In this document: positions 1 through 9,527 of the stretch, in pieces
Layout of the letters: every line of letters starts with the position of its first letter
How positions within the stretch are numbered: position 1 is the stretch's first letter
Made by a program: the position numbers and the translations under genes
From: an uncultured Eubacteriales bacterium
GTDB lineage: Bacteria; Bacillota; Clostridia; Christensenellales; Aristaeellaceae
Reading direction: 5' to 3'
Assembly (NCBI GenBank): GCA_902767305.1
Contig: CACXHF010000315.1
Coordinates: forward strand, 1 to 53,461
DNA: 53,461 bases
The notes under the pieces: generated by a model
What the model was told of the DNA's origin: nothing
Database searches by the model: none
What the model saw: only the letters and a program-made list of their open reading frames with translations

Positions 1-160
1 GGGAAAATAGTAGTGTTTTGGATGAGATTTGGGAAGATCTTGTCATACTCACATGGATTTCCTACCTAAATCACGCGAATGTTGTGTTATACCACTCCGC
101 TTGAACCTGTTTTCAGTATTCCATACATCGCTTTGCCGGATATTGTTTCCCGCACAGGGA

Positions 161-991
161 TCAGAGATCCCAAAGCCAGAGCGGAACAAAGACATGTTCA
201 AACGATATTCCTTCCAGTTCTTTCTCTGCACTGCGGATCAGCAGTCTGAAGTGACTGTCAAAAGAGAATTCTGCGGATACCTCCCCCGATTCCGGATTTG
301 CATCAAGATCAATGGTTCCATCCGTCAGGTGTGTAATCAGGGTACTTGCACCTGCAGCAGAAAGTGTCCTCGTCTCCGGATGATATATTCCCTTCATTAC
401 CCATTCGCGAGTTCTGACGCTGTCTTCCCGAATGGAAACATCCACATCATAATTCGCTTCATGCTGATTCCAGACCATGCTGATTCTGACTCTGTCACTG
501 AGATATTTTCCGCCGAATGAGCCTATTCCTTTAAAGATGAAGCCGGCGTCTGCATCTTCCTTTTCCTCTTTCCAGAGAAGTTCCCCTTCCTCATTCAGAG
601 AAAACACGGCTGCGCCGTCATCATATTCATAAACACTTTCCAGTATGTTCCCATCAGTATCTCCCCGGTTCCAGCTTTTCAGTCCGGTTTCCGGCAGCGA
701 TTTCAGCACTCCTGTACGTTCCTCATATTCCGCCAGATATTCCCAGGACGTCCACTCTAACTCACCAATCATCTGAAAAACGAGAATTTCAACGCAATCC
801 TGGCGGCAGGCAATCTCGATGCGCATGCTGCCCCCATCCGCTATCCAGATTCCGTCATAAGGAAGAACCCCGGGATGCTGCTCCACATACAACTGAACAG
901 AATCCGCTCCAATATCTGAGTCACAGATTCCACAGCATGCAAGAATCAGACAGAGACATAGAAACACGATAAACCGTTTTGACATTTTCAT
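161..991 (-). CDS. hypothetical lipoprotein (signal peptide with a Cys-containing lipobox-like LILAC)
   Basis: 276-aa ORF. The N-terminus MKMSKRFIVFLCLCLILACCG looks like a lipoprotein signal. The two halves are loosely similar. No family was recognised. Confidence 0.55.
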   Translation of the reverse strand: MKMSKRFIVFLCLCLILACCGICDSDIGADSVQLYVEQHPGVLPYDGIWIADGGSMRIEIACRQDCVEILVFQMIGELEWTSWEYLAEYEERTGVLKSLPETGLKSWNRGDTDGNILESVYEYDDGAAVFSLNEEGELLWKEEKEDADAGFIFKGIGSFGGKYLSDRVRISMVWNQHEANYDVDVSIREDSVRTREWVMKGIYHPETRTLSAAGASTLITHLTDGTIDLDANPESGEVSAEFSFDSHFRLLIRSAEKELEGISFEHVFVPLWLWDL

Positions 992-1140
992 CCTTCCATA
1001 GTGACTTCTTTCATTTCTGCCTCTCCCGGCAATCCAATGTAAAGAATCATCCGGGCCAGTTTCCCCTTTCCCCGTCTATACAGAGAAAGGGGCTTCTGTC
1101 CGGATGGATTATCGCGTCGCTGAAAAGTCCAGGGAAAAAC

Positions 1141-1647
1141 TCAGTCCGCCTTTTCTACGTTTTTTTCTATAATTGTGCAGGTCTGGACGTCAATGTCGTA
1201 TTCGTACTCCATCCCGTCGGCAACAAACTCAATCTCATAAATCATGCGTCCATCGTCTTCATCCATTTTCGACTTCTTGATGCGGACATTTTCTGCACTG
1301 AATCCAGCATCTGCCAGAGCAACCTGCATTGCCTCATCATTAGTCAGTTTTTGAACCGCAAAATCACGCTGAAAAACTTCTTTTTCAAACTCATTGATAC
1401 TGCCGGTGGTTGCATCGACATCCATCTCATACTTGGTATTCGCATCAAAAAACTCAATATCATACACAATACGTCCGTCATCCCGGTCGAGATATGCCTT
1501 CAGAAAAGTAGCATTCTCTGCCGTAACACCTGCATATTCCAATGCAGCCTTCTTTGCCTCATCCAGAGAAATTCTGTTTTCTGCCACTGCACTCACCATA
1601 AAAACCGTTGCTAAAATTACCAGAACCGCGATAATTGTTTTTTTCAT
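1141..1647 (-). CDS. PepSY domain-containing secreted or membrane-anchored protein (two PepSY-like repeats)
   Basis: Start set at internal Met25 (MKKTIIAVLVILATVFMVSA), which is preceded by GGAGGAAAAAGGCC. Two repeats of the pattern L..A...AL..AG......(DDGR.VYEIEF) are typical of PepSY. Confidence 0.75.
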   Translation of the reverse strand: MKKTIIAVLVILATVFMVSAVAENRISLDEAKKAALEYAGVTAENATFLKAYLDRDDGRIVYDIEFFDANTKYEMDVDATTGSINEFEKEVFQRDFAVQKLTNDEAMQVALADAGFSAENVRIKKSKMDEDDGRMIYEIEFVADGMEYEYDIDVQTCTIIEKNVEKAD

Positions 1648-2320
1648 GGCCTTTTTCCTCCTCTGTTTTGTTTCTCCGGGCTTTCGTCTTTTGCTCTGTC
1701 CGCCCCGGTTGCGGATCAAAAAGCATATTCAAAGAAACCGGTGAATGCAGTTCCATCTTCGTTTCTGCAAAAAATTACAATAGCGAACCTCTCCGGAATA
1801 TAGCCTCCCAGGAAAGAAATCCTATGCCTTTTAAACTGATTCAGCACCACTTCTGTAAATATATACGTACAGAATTATCCGCCGGCAGAAAGATGAGAAA
1901 AAACAAGAATGCCGTTCCGCAATGAACTGAAGTGGACAGGCACCATGGTTGGCAGTTCTCGGCTTCTCCCGTTGTTGTTCATTCATCCTCTTCCTGAAAC
2001 TGTTACGGCAGCCTAATTACGCGTACATAAATGGAAAAAGAAGCGAACTCAGGCGGTACACTCATTACAAGGCAGTACTCCGTCGGCTAAAATAATATGT
2101 ACCTGTACATCCATCATATCAAAGATCTGAACCCGGACACATGTTTTTTGCATGCACATGATCTCTTTGAAATAACCCAGTTTTTATTTTACCTGTTATG
2201 TAGCAGACTGTCCAGATATTTTTAAAACATCACGGAAATTTAACCATTTTCCAGGCAGCCTTTCTCTTACTGACCGTACAGCCCGGTAATGATCTGCATA
2301 TTGTCTCCGATCTGCAACAA

Positions 2321-2370
2321 AACAAAAACAAGAGACCATTCCCGCGCGAAGAATGGTCTCTGTTGTTTTT
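2321..2370 (-). terminator. rho-independent terminator downstream of the 2404-2940 gene
   Basis: Perfect 11-bp stem agagaccattc (2331-2341) / gaatggtctct (2351-2361) with a 9-nt loop. An A-run lies on one flank and a T-run on the other, giving a U-tract when read on the minus strand. Confidence 0.65.
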
Positions 2371-2403
2371 CAGTTTTCTGTCCCTGGGTATTCCCATAAC
2401 GGG

Positions 2404-2940
2404 TTACTGAAATGTCTTGATAACAGTCATCACAACATCTCCACCGCGGATACCAATCTTTATGGTGTTTGCCAGTCTTTTCAACGTGGATTGTTCATAC
2501 TTATCCCACTCTGTATCTGTGCATTTGATGACGTGATTTGTCAGATCGTCCAGCACGTCATCCGGCAGACTGTCTCCATGGTCGGGTCCCGAAAGCATCG
2601 TAAACTCAAAAATGTTGCGGAGGAATCCCAAGAAGCTTGAGGCTTCCTCATTCTTCCCTGAAGTGGATGAAGAGAGGAACAAGTCACGTTTTTCCCTGTC
2701 CATTTTCGTCTTTGTAGATACATAAAGACAGAATGCATTGCCGCCTGTCTCCATCCAGAAGGATGCTTTTGTTTCACCCGATACACTAGTTACAAGGCTC
2801 AGCATTTCTTCTCCGCACAGTTGCAACTGGAGCGAATTTTTATGATTCAGTTCCTCATAAACAGCAACTTTTCTGATCTCTTTTATAGCCTCTTCAAACC
2901 CATTTCCCGTATTATCGATGTGTATCACATTGGATTTCAT
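2404..2940 (-). CDS. hypothetical protein co-transcribed with a STAS protein; possibly a degenerate GHKL-fold anti-sigma-like partner
   Basis: 178-aa ORF starting 24 nt downstream of the STAS gene stop. Its length and helix/strand pattern recall SpoIIAB/RsbW, but I could not find N-box or G1/G2 ATP-binding motifs. Confidence 0.55.
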   Translation of the reverse strand: MKSNVIHIDNTGNGFEEAIKEIRKVAVYEELNHKNSLQLQLCGEEMLSLVTSVSGETKASFWMETGGNAFCLYVSTKTKMDREKRDLFLSSSTSGKNEEASSFLGFLRNIFEFTMLSGPDHGDSLPDDVLDDLTNHVIKCTDTEWDKYEQSTLKRLANTIKIGIRGGDVVMTVIKTFQ

Positions 2941-2964
2941 GGTGTTTTTCCCCTTTCACGCGTC

Positions 2965-3261
2965 TTATTCGATGGTCAGAATATCCGCAAAACCGGTAAC
3001 ATCAAACACTTCCTGAACCAACTCGCTGACATTCTTGATTTTCATACCGCCCTTTGCAGCCATTGCTTTATGCGCGGTCAGCAATACCCGAAGCCCGGCG
3101 GATGAAATGTACTCAAGTTTCTTAAAATCAAAAATCAGCTCTTTTGCATTTCCAAGATCATTTTTCAGTTCTGCTTCCAATTCCGGGGCGGTCATGGTGT
3201 CAAGGCGTCCTTCCAGAGCAACTTCAAGAACATCACCGTTTATTTTTTTGTTTATCGTCAT
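2965..3261 (-). CDS. STAS-domain anti-sigma-factor antagonist (SpoIIAA/RsbV-like)
   Basis: 98 aa. The pattern L.G.LD..TAPELE......(FDFKKLEYISSAGLRVLL) contains the conserved phosphorylatable Ser context (ISSAGL). Confidence 0.85.
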   Translation of the reverse strand: MTINKKINGDVLEVALEGRLDTMTAPELEAELKNDLGNAKELIFDFKKLEYISSAGLRVLLTAHKAMAAKGGMKIKNVSELVQEVFDVTGFADILTIE

Positions 3262-3566
3262 GCTTTGCCTCCTCAGATAATAATAACTTCGCTGTAGTTC
3301 ATTATATTCAATTTGGGAGCAAAAATAAAGAAGGATATGAAGAATACAGATGGAAAAGCTTCCATTTTTCCGACTGACGGAGTCTGTCTGACCAAGTCAG
3401 TCTGTGTTTTCCCGACAGTAAATTCACGATACAAAATACATTGCCGTATCCGGCAGTTTTTTGCATTCATTTATATACGCTCCAGACACATTCACTGCGT
3501 CTGTCATGTGAAAGTATCTCGATGGCGTCTGCTTTCAACTGGCAGAGAAAATACCTCTTAACACAT

Positions 3567-4655
3567 TTACAGCCCGTTTACACAAACGCGCAGAATGAAT
3601 CCTGCATCATTTGTTTTCGGATCAAAGACCTGTACCCATTCATTGTTTAAGGAAAGTGCTGTCAGCGGATATCCGTCAGGAAGATTGCTGATCACCGGTT
3701 CCATTTCGGACGGTGCCCAGCGGAGGAAAACAATCCCCCCCGTCTGCGGTGCACGGACGGTCACCGCTGCAGGTTGAATTTTGATCATCGTCACATACTG
3801 CTCGGTTGCCGTTCTAACAGGGGATGTATACTGGGCAGTCGACGCCTGAATCGGAACTGCAGATGTCATCGGTGCGGTAAAGGAAATAAATCGGGCATCC
3901 ACATGACCTGTCATATTTCCAAAGGCGATCTCTGCCCAGCCGCTGACAGAACTCATCACATTGACCGGTGTTCCATTTTCCAGACGGGCAATCACGGCAC
4001 CATCTGAAGACGGAAAAGAATAAACATTCACTGCAGCACCATTGCTGCTGATGTAGGCAGGACCGCTGGCTGAACTGACTGCGGGGTAATAGACAGGTTC
4101 AGAGCTGGAGGTTCTGCTGCTGGAAGAAGATTTACGGGGACTTGAGGATGATTTCCGTGCCGGATCATAGTAGGTATTGGTTTCACCTGTAACAGAATTG
4201 TATGTCGTTGTACTTGTGTTGCCTTTTGAATCTACATTCCACTCTGTAAAATCGTTCCCTGAACCCGGTATGTAATAACCGTAACTTGACCCATCTGCTG
4301 TATTATAGGTATTGGAAATCACGCTTCCTTCCGTATCCGTGCTCCAGTCAGTAAAACTTTCCCCTGCAATCGACGTATAGCCGGTTTCCGATCCATCGGC
4401 ATTGGTTGTTTTCGAATAGGTATTTCCATCCTGATCCATCGTCCATTCGGTATAGGCGTTCGTTTCAGTGTCATAATAGGTCCCGGACGCCGTTCCGTCA
4501 CTGTTGGTAATTGTCAGGGTGGTATTCCCCTCATCGTCCGTATTGTAGGTGATGCTGGAACCGTCATCCAGATGTACTTCGCCCTCGTTGCCTTCGGCAT
4601 ATACGCCTGAGCAGACAAGAAAAAGTACCAAGAATATCGTCAAAAATCTGTTCAT
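3567..4655 (-). CDS. secreted repeat protein with a Thr/Ser/Asn/Asp-rich region, a Ser-rich linker and two C-terminal SH3b-like domains
   Basis: Start set at Met23 (MNRFLTIFLVLFLVCSGVYA signal peptide). Recurring T(E/D)W..D..GN motifs are followed by an SSSSPRKSSSSSRTSSS linker. SH3b-like segments follow (VNVYSFPSSDGAVIARLENGTPVNVMSSVSGWAEI and the C-terminal EWVQVFDPKT). Confidence 0.7.
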   Translation of the reverse strand: MNRFLTIFLVLFLVCSGVYAEGNEGEVHLDDGSSITYNTDDEGNTTLTITNSDGTASGTYYDTETNAYTEWTMDQDGNTYSKTTNADGSETGYTSIAGESFTDWSTDTEGSVISNTYNTADGSSYGYYIPGSGNDFTEWNVDSKGNTSTTTYNSVTGETNTYYDPARKSSSSPRKSSSSSRTSSSEPVYYPAVSSASGPAYISSNGAAVNVYSFPSSDGAVIARLENGTPVNVMSSVSGWAEIAFGNMTGHVDARFISFTAPMTSAVPIQASTAQYTSPVRTATEQYVTMIKIQPAAVTVRAPQTGGIVFLRWAPSEMEPVISNLPDGYPLTALSLNNEWVQVFDPKTNDAGFILRVCVNGL

Positions 4656-4727
4656 TGTCTTTCTTTCTTTCTTTATGTATAATTGTTTTCTTTGAAAAGA
4701 TGTAGCATCAGAATACGTCATTTTGAT

Positions 4728-7136
4728 TCAGGGACGAGGTGCCTGTATCCGAATATTGGTCAGGGCACACTGATCGCCTGTCACCGCCACGTAAACCTCT
4801 TTAATTTCTTCCCGGATAAACGTTTCATTACTGATTACAATACCAAGATTCTCTGTTTCTGTACGAATAACATTCCCGTCAACATGGAAATGGACTTCAT
4901 AATCGACTCCCTGCCTGTTGATCTTCTTAAAACTTTCCCATCCGGGAAATGCTTCTGTCTTGTGATCAGGCATTCGATTTTCAGAGTAATCGCCGCTCTT
5001 CCAGCTTTCCCCATCCATCCGGATAAGCGCATATTCATGATACCCTGCCCCATATGCTTTTCGATCCTCTGAATAGAACAAGACAATATACGGGCAATGC
5101 CAGACCAGTCTGGCCGTCGGAAGACTTATCGAGTGAAAGCTCACGGTCAGCCCATCACAGACGGGAATTCCCTCTGTGGCATTTGTCCGGTATCCGTTCA
5201 CCTGCACATTAGGAACATCTCCCGCCGGCTCATCGATATAGCTGATCATTTCCATGATCCGTGGAATATCTCCCTCAGATGCTGCAACTTCATCCTGAGA
5301 GATTATGAGATCCCCCAGTACACAGTGTTCGCCGGTCAGAGCAAGATAGAGGAATCTGGAACTGTCCGGGAGAGCCACAGTCACCTGAATCGTACGGATA
5401 GAACTGCCAATCCGGATCAGTGCATGATCCAAATACCGGACTGCTTCAATTTCATAATTGATTCCCTGTGTATTATTCTCCGTTGTATCGTTCAGCTCTG
5501 TGTCACTCTTATTCAGCTTGATTTCCGTCTGCATCTTCCGTGCTCCTGAGCAGACGGTTCTGCCATCGAAACGGATTTCCCCGTATTCAAAATACACCAT
5601 TTCCCGTTTTTCCGCGTCTTCACTATGAATCCGTTCATCCAGAGAATCAAAAAGGACCATGGAAGGCAGTGCATTTTCCGGAGATTCTCCATCCAGCACC
5701 CAGCTGTGCAGATGAATATGCGTCCTGTACTCAAAGATCCTGATTCCCTCAGAAAAAGCAGAACGATAGTCATCGCAGATCAGCTCGGTATCGCCCGACA
5801 GATCCCGAACTTCCGGTTTTTCCCGCATCAAATAACCGGTATCCTCATCAATCAGTTTCAGCATAATCCGTGCATAAACCGGATCAAACTGTGTTCCTAT
5901 TCCCTTGACAATTTCTTCACGCACGCGCTGCTGGGGAATCGGATCCCGGTAGCTGCGCTTGGATGTCATGGCATCATAGGAATCTGCCACAGCAATCACT
6001 CTGGAAACTTCAGGAATGTCCTCCCCTTTCAGTCCGTCCGGATAGCCTCTTCCATCATACCGTTCATGGTGAAAGTTTGCCCCGATGCTCAGATAAGGAG
6101 ACTGAGTAATATTCGAAAGTATTTTTTTCCCTATGACCGGGTGCTGCCTGATATAGTTATATTCCTCGTTGGTCAGTTTTCCCTCTTTGTTCAGAATAAC
6201 ATCCGGAATGCCAATCTTGCCTACATCATGAAGAAGCGCCGCATAGAAATATTCGTCGCATTCCTTTTCACTCTTTCCTGCATATCTGGCAATCATTTTC
6301 GCATATTTTGCTACCCGGGCTGAATGGCCGTGTGTATATTTATCCTTCGCATCAATCGATCTGGACAGTGCCTGCGCCGTCTGCAGATACAGACGTTCAA
6401 TCTTTTTCTGTTCCTGCTTCAGCATTTCAATCTCATGCTCTGCCGCCCGGTCAACAGTCTCATTCAGATCGATCAGTGCAAATATGAACACAAGCACTGC
6501 CATATTTACCAGTGTAACGTTAGTCAGGGAAATACCGTAGGTAAAATACTGCAGAATAGAGGCCGCAAATGGCAGAATGGTAAACAGAATCAGCGATGTC
6601 CTGATGTTACGTTTCAATTTGCCGCCGTACTTCAGAACAGCAGTAAGCTGCATGACCATCGTGGCAAACGGAGCAATATAACTGAACAGATAGACGGATG
6701 ATCTCTGATAATGATTGGTTGCATCAAATGTATAATAGAGTCCTGTAAACTGAGAAAGAATCACCAGAACTGCTCCGGCAATCAGCAGGATTCGGGCAAC
6801 TTTCAGTCGTCCCGGAACCTTTTCCAGTTTCCCTTCTTTGGTAAGAAGATCAATCAGATAGATGTTAAAGCTGTAAATCATCAGCAGTGTAAGAAAAAAG
6901 ACCAGGAAATTACTGATACGCACTATATAATAACCAAGCGTACTGACATTTCCGCGGAACGTGTACGCAAGCATATCCGAAATCAGCAGTAACATTGCGC
7001 TGAGTTCAATCATCATCAGTGCGGTTTTTCTCGCCGGACCTATTGCCCTTGTAAAGAATACAAATAATGCAATGATTCCGCATATACTGCTCAGCATAAG
7101 CATGATATGTGGCTGAGCCTGTCTGATAAATTCCAT
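4728..7136 (-). CDS. 7-TM HD-GYP domain c-di-GMP phosphodiesterase with a duplicated C-terminal domain of unknown function
   Basis: About seven hydrophobic helices span residues 1-225. The HD motif (ALLHDVGKIG) and the HHERYDGRGYP motif are present. Residues about 451-802 form two related modules of about 165 aa. Confidence 0.9.
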   Translation of the reverse strand: MEFIRQAQPHIMLMLSSICGIIALFVFFTRAIGPARKTALMMIELSAMLLLISDMLAYTFRGNVSTLGYYIVRISNFLVFFLTLLMIYSFNIYLIDLLTKEGKLEKVPGRLKVARILLIAGAVLVILSQFTGLYYTFDATNHYQRSSVYLFSYIAPFATMVMQLTAVLKYGGKLKRNIRTSLILFTILPFAASILQYFTYGISLTNVTLVNMAVLVFIFALIDLNETVDRAAEHEIEMLKQEQKKIERLYLQTAQALSRSIDAKDKYTHGHSARVAKYAKMIARYAGKSEKECDEYFYAALLHDVGKIGIPDVILNKEGKLTNEEYNYIRQHPVIGKKILSNITQSPYLSIGANFHHERYDGRGYPDGLKGEDIPEVSRVIAVADSYDAMTSKRSYRDPIPQQRVREEIVKGIGTQFDPVYARIMLKLIDEDTGYLMREKPEVRDLSGDTELICDDYRSAFSEGIRIFEYRTHIHLHSWVLDGESPENALPSMVLFDSLDERIHSEDAEKREMVYFEYGEIRFDGRTVCSGARKMQTEIKLNKSDTELNDTTENNTQGINYEIEAVRYLDHALIRIGSSIRTIQVTVALPDSSRFLYLALTGEHCVLGDLIISQDEVAASEGDIPRIMEMISYIDEPAGDVPNVQVNGYRTNATEGIPVCDGLTVSFHSISLPTARLVWHCPYIVLFYSEDRKAYGAGYHEYALIRMDGESWKSGDYSENRMPDHKTEAFPGWESFKKINRQGVDYEVHFHVDGNVIRTETENLGIVISNETFIREEIKEVYVAVTGDQCALTNIRIQAPRP

Positions 7137-7233
7137 TCTGGTCTGCTTTCCTAAACTAGTCTCCCGGGTACAAGGTTACCTGAGTTCATCAAAGCCCTCC
7201 GCTGACTTCAGAGGACCTGTTGCGGCATTCAAA

Positions 7234-7452
7234 TCAGGAAAACGTATTATCTGACTTTTTTACCAGTGGTTTATAGGAACCATCCGCCTGCTCCACCAGT
7301 ACGTTCTGTAGCTGTGCTTCCACATTGGCACGATACTCGGCAATATACTGTCTGCGCAGTACTGCCTGTTCCTCCGTTTCTGCCGGAGTCAGTCCAACCG
7401 TTTTTTTCTTTCTTGCCAGTTCATTAATCCTCTGGATTTGCTCGTGATTCAT
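7234..7452 (-). CDS. DUF896/UPF0291 (YnzC-like) small protein
   Basis: Start set at Met25 after AGAGGAG. The sequence MNHEQIQRINELARKKKTVGLTPAETEEQAVLRRQYI matches the characteristic UPF0291 pattern. Confidence 0.7.
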   Translation of the reverse strand: MNHEQIQRINELARKKKTVGLTPAETEEQAVLRRQYIAEYRANVEAQLQNVLVEQADGSYKPLVKKSDNTFS

Positions 7453-7546
7453 GAAATCTCCTCTGTTTTTTTTCGTTCCGTACTCTGCGTGCTGACCAAG
7501 TCGGTCCAAAGCCGGGATTTTCATTCTCCCTCATCGACCGGCCTGT

Positions 7547-8674
7547 CTACAAAGCTCCTCTCTCATAAACCGCTGATACAAATTCCCAGTCCTGATTCAT
7601 TTCCACCAGCACACCGCAGGCTCCTGCCACAATCCGCCCCAGATCCGGTGCACCGATTGAATCTGCCGGTGTGGATGTGGCCATTGGAATCACGCTCTCC
7701 GGCCGGATTCCGGCACGATGAATCATGTTCCTTACTGCCTGATGCAGCAGCAAGGTCGAACCCGCCAGTACACCATTTTCAAGACGGGCTGCACCTTCTG
7801 AAACGATTACCTGCTGTCCTCCAAGCTCATATATTCCATCCGGCAGTCCTGCCGCTTCCATGGAATCAGAAATAAGAATTGTTCCCCGGCTGCCTTTGCA
7901 AAGTGCTGCAATACGAAGGACGTCCGGATGCAGATGAATTCCATCTGCTATGATCTGAACCGCAAGCCGGTCATCTGCCAGTCCAGCTCCTGGAACACCA
8001 GGTTCCCGGTGATGCAGCGGTGTCTGTGCATTGAACAGGTGAGTAATCTGAGACAGACCTGCATCCGCTGCCAGGTGTACCTCCGCCGCTGTTGCAGCCG
8101 AATGAGCCGCACAGGTGACAACCCCCTGTTCATGAAGAGTCTGAATCAACGAAATAGCTCCTGGAAGTTCCGGTGCAAGGGTTACCATACGTACACACGA
8201 AAGATCTCCGGCAAGTTTCCTGTAAGCCTCGGGTGACGGCAGACGGAGGCACTCCGCCCGCTGGGCACCTTTGTACTTTGGCGAAAGAAACGGCGCTTCC
8301 ATATGTGCACCGAGCACCCGGGCACCACAGGGCTCCTGGCATTTCCACACCCGCTCAATTCCGGCCAGTGCTTCATGGGTTTCCTCTGTTCCTGCACTCA
8401 TGGTGGTCGGCACAAATGCCGCCACACCGGTTTCCAGAAGTCCACGGCTCATCTTACGGACATCCTGCTCCCCGCGCATACAGTCTGCGCCGCCGAAGGC
8501 GTGGATATGAATATCCACAAACCCCGGCAGAATATAATGTCCCTCAGCATCCCGGCAGTCCTCACCTGCCTCAGCTCCAGGCGTCCCGATTTCAGAAATA
8601 CGGCCATTCCGGATAGAAAGATCCCTGCAGTGAAAAGCCCCGTCTATAAAGACAACGCCGTTTTTAACGATCAC
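7547..8674 (-). CDS. nagA: N-acetylglucosamine-6-phosphate deacetylase
   Basis: 375 aa. Metal-binding GFVDIHIHAFGG is present, the length is typical, and the gene lies immediately downstream of nagB. Confidence 0.9.
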   Translation of the reverse strand: MIVKNGVVFIDGAFHCRDLSIRNGRISEIGTPGAEAGEDCRDAEGHYILPGFVDIHIHAFGGADCMRGEQDVRKMSRGLLETGVAAFVPTTMSAGTEETHEALAGIERVWKCQEPCGARVLGAHMEAPFLSPKYKGAQRAECLRLPSPEAYRKLAGDLSCVRMVTLAPELPGAISLIQTLHEQGVVTCAAHSAATAAEVHLAADAGLSQITHLFNAQTPLHHREPGVPGAGLADDRLAVQIIADGIHLHPDVLRIAALCKGSRGTILISDSMEAAGLPDGIYELGGQQVIVSEGAARLENGVLAGSTLLLHQAVRNMIHRAGIRPESVIPMATSTPADSIGAPDLGRIVAGACGVLVEMNQDWEFVSAVYERGAL

Positions 8675-8680
8675 TTCCGA

Positions 8681-9400
8681 TCACCCCAGTTTGGAAGCAG
8701 CTGCCTTATCAAGAAGAATCGTGCAGCAGGGATGCAGCTGCAGAACAGATGCCGGAACCTGGGGAGTCACCGGACCACATATCGTTCTATATACCGCGTC
8801 TGCCTTGTCTGCGCCGGTCGCAATCAGCAGAACAGCACGGGCGGACATGATGTTGCCGATTCCCATGGAAATTGCCTTGCGCGGCACCTCATCTGCACTG
8901 CTGAAAAAACGGGCATTTGCCTGGATGGTACTCTCAGTCAGTGTCACCACATGCGTTCCGATCGGGAAACAGTCACAGGGCTCATTAAACCCGATATGAC
9001 CATTGCGTCCGATACCCAGCAGCTGAATATCCACGCCGCCGGCTTCCCGGATTGCCTTATCATACCGTGCGCCATCCTCGTCCGTGCAGCCGTCCGGCAA
9101 ATGGATGTTTTCCTGCTTCATATTGACCTTGCTGAACAGATTCTCGTTCATAAACGCATGATAGCTGACCGGATTTGCATAATCAATGCCGACATACTCG
9201 TCCAGATTGAAGCTCCGTACATTGCTGAAATCCAGGATGCCCGCCTGATACATGGAGACCAGTTTCTCATAGGTCGGGATCGGTGTCGAACCGGTCGCCA
9301 GGCCAAGCACGCAGTCATCCCGTTTCAGAATTTCCGCTGCCATCAGAACAGCACCGGCCTCACAGGCGCTTTTTGCGTCCTCATATACATGAAATACCAT
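8681..9400 (-). CDS. nagB: glucosamine-6-phosphate deaminase
   Basis: 239 aa with the LGLATGSTP and GIGRNGHIGFNEP motifs. A strong GAGGAGGG ribosome-binding site precedes the start. Confidence 0.9.
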   Translation of the reverse strand: MVFHVYEDAKSACEAGAVLMAAEILKRDDCVLGLATGSTPIPTYEKLVSMYQAGILDFSNVRSFNLDEYVGIDYANPVSYHAFMNENLFSKVNMKQENIHLPDGCTDEDGARYDKAIREAGGVDIQLLGIGRNGHIGFNEPCDCFPIGTHVVTLTESTIQANARFFSSADEVPRKAISMGIGNIMSARAVLLIATGADKADAVYRTICGPVTPQVPASVLQLHPCCTILLDKAAASKLG

Positions 9401-9527
9401 TTTGAACCCTCCTCAAATGATTCTATATTTGATTTGCTTGAGATTATACCACATTTGATTCGTTCATCCCAGTCCCGGAATATGTTTCTTTATGGATTCT
9501 TCCCGTCCCGTCTTCATTTTCCCCGGA

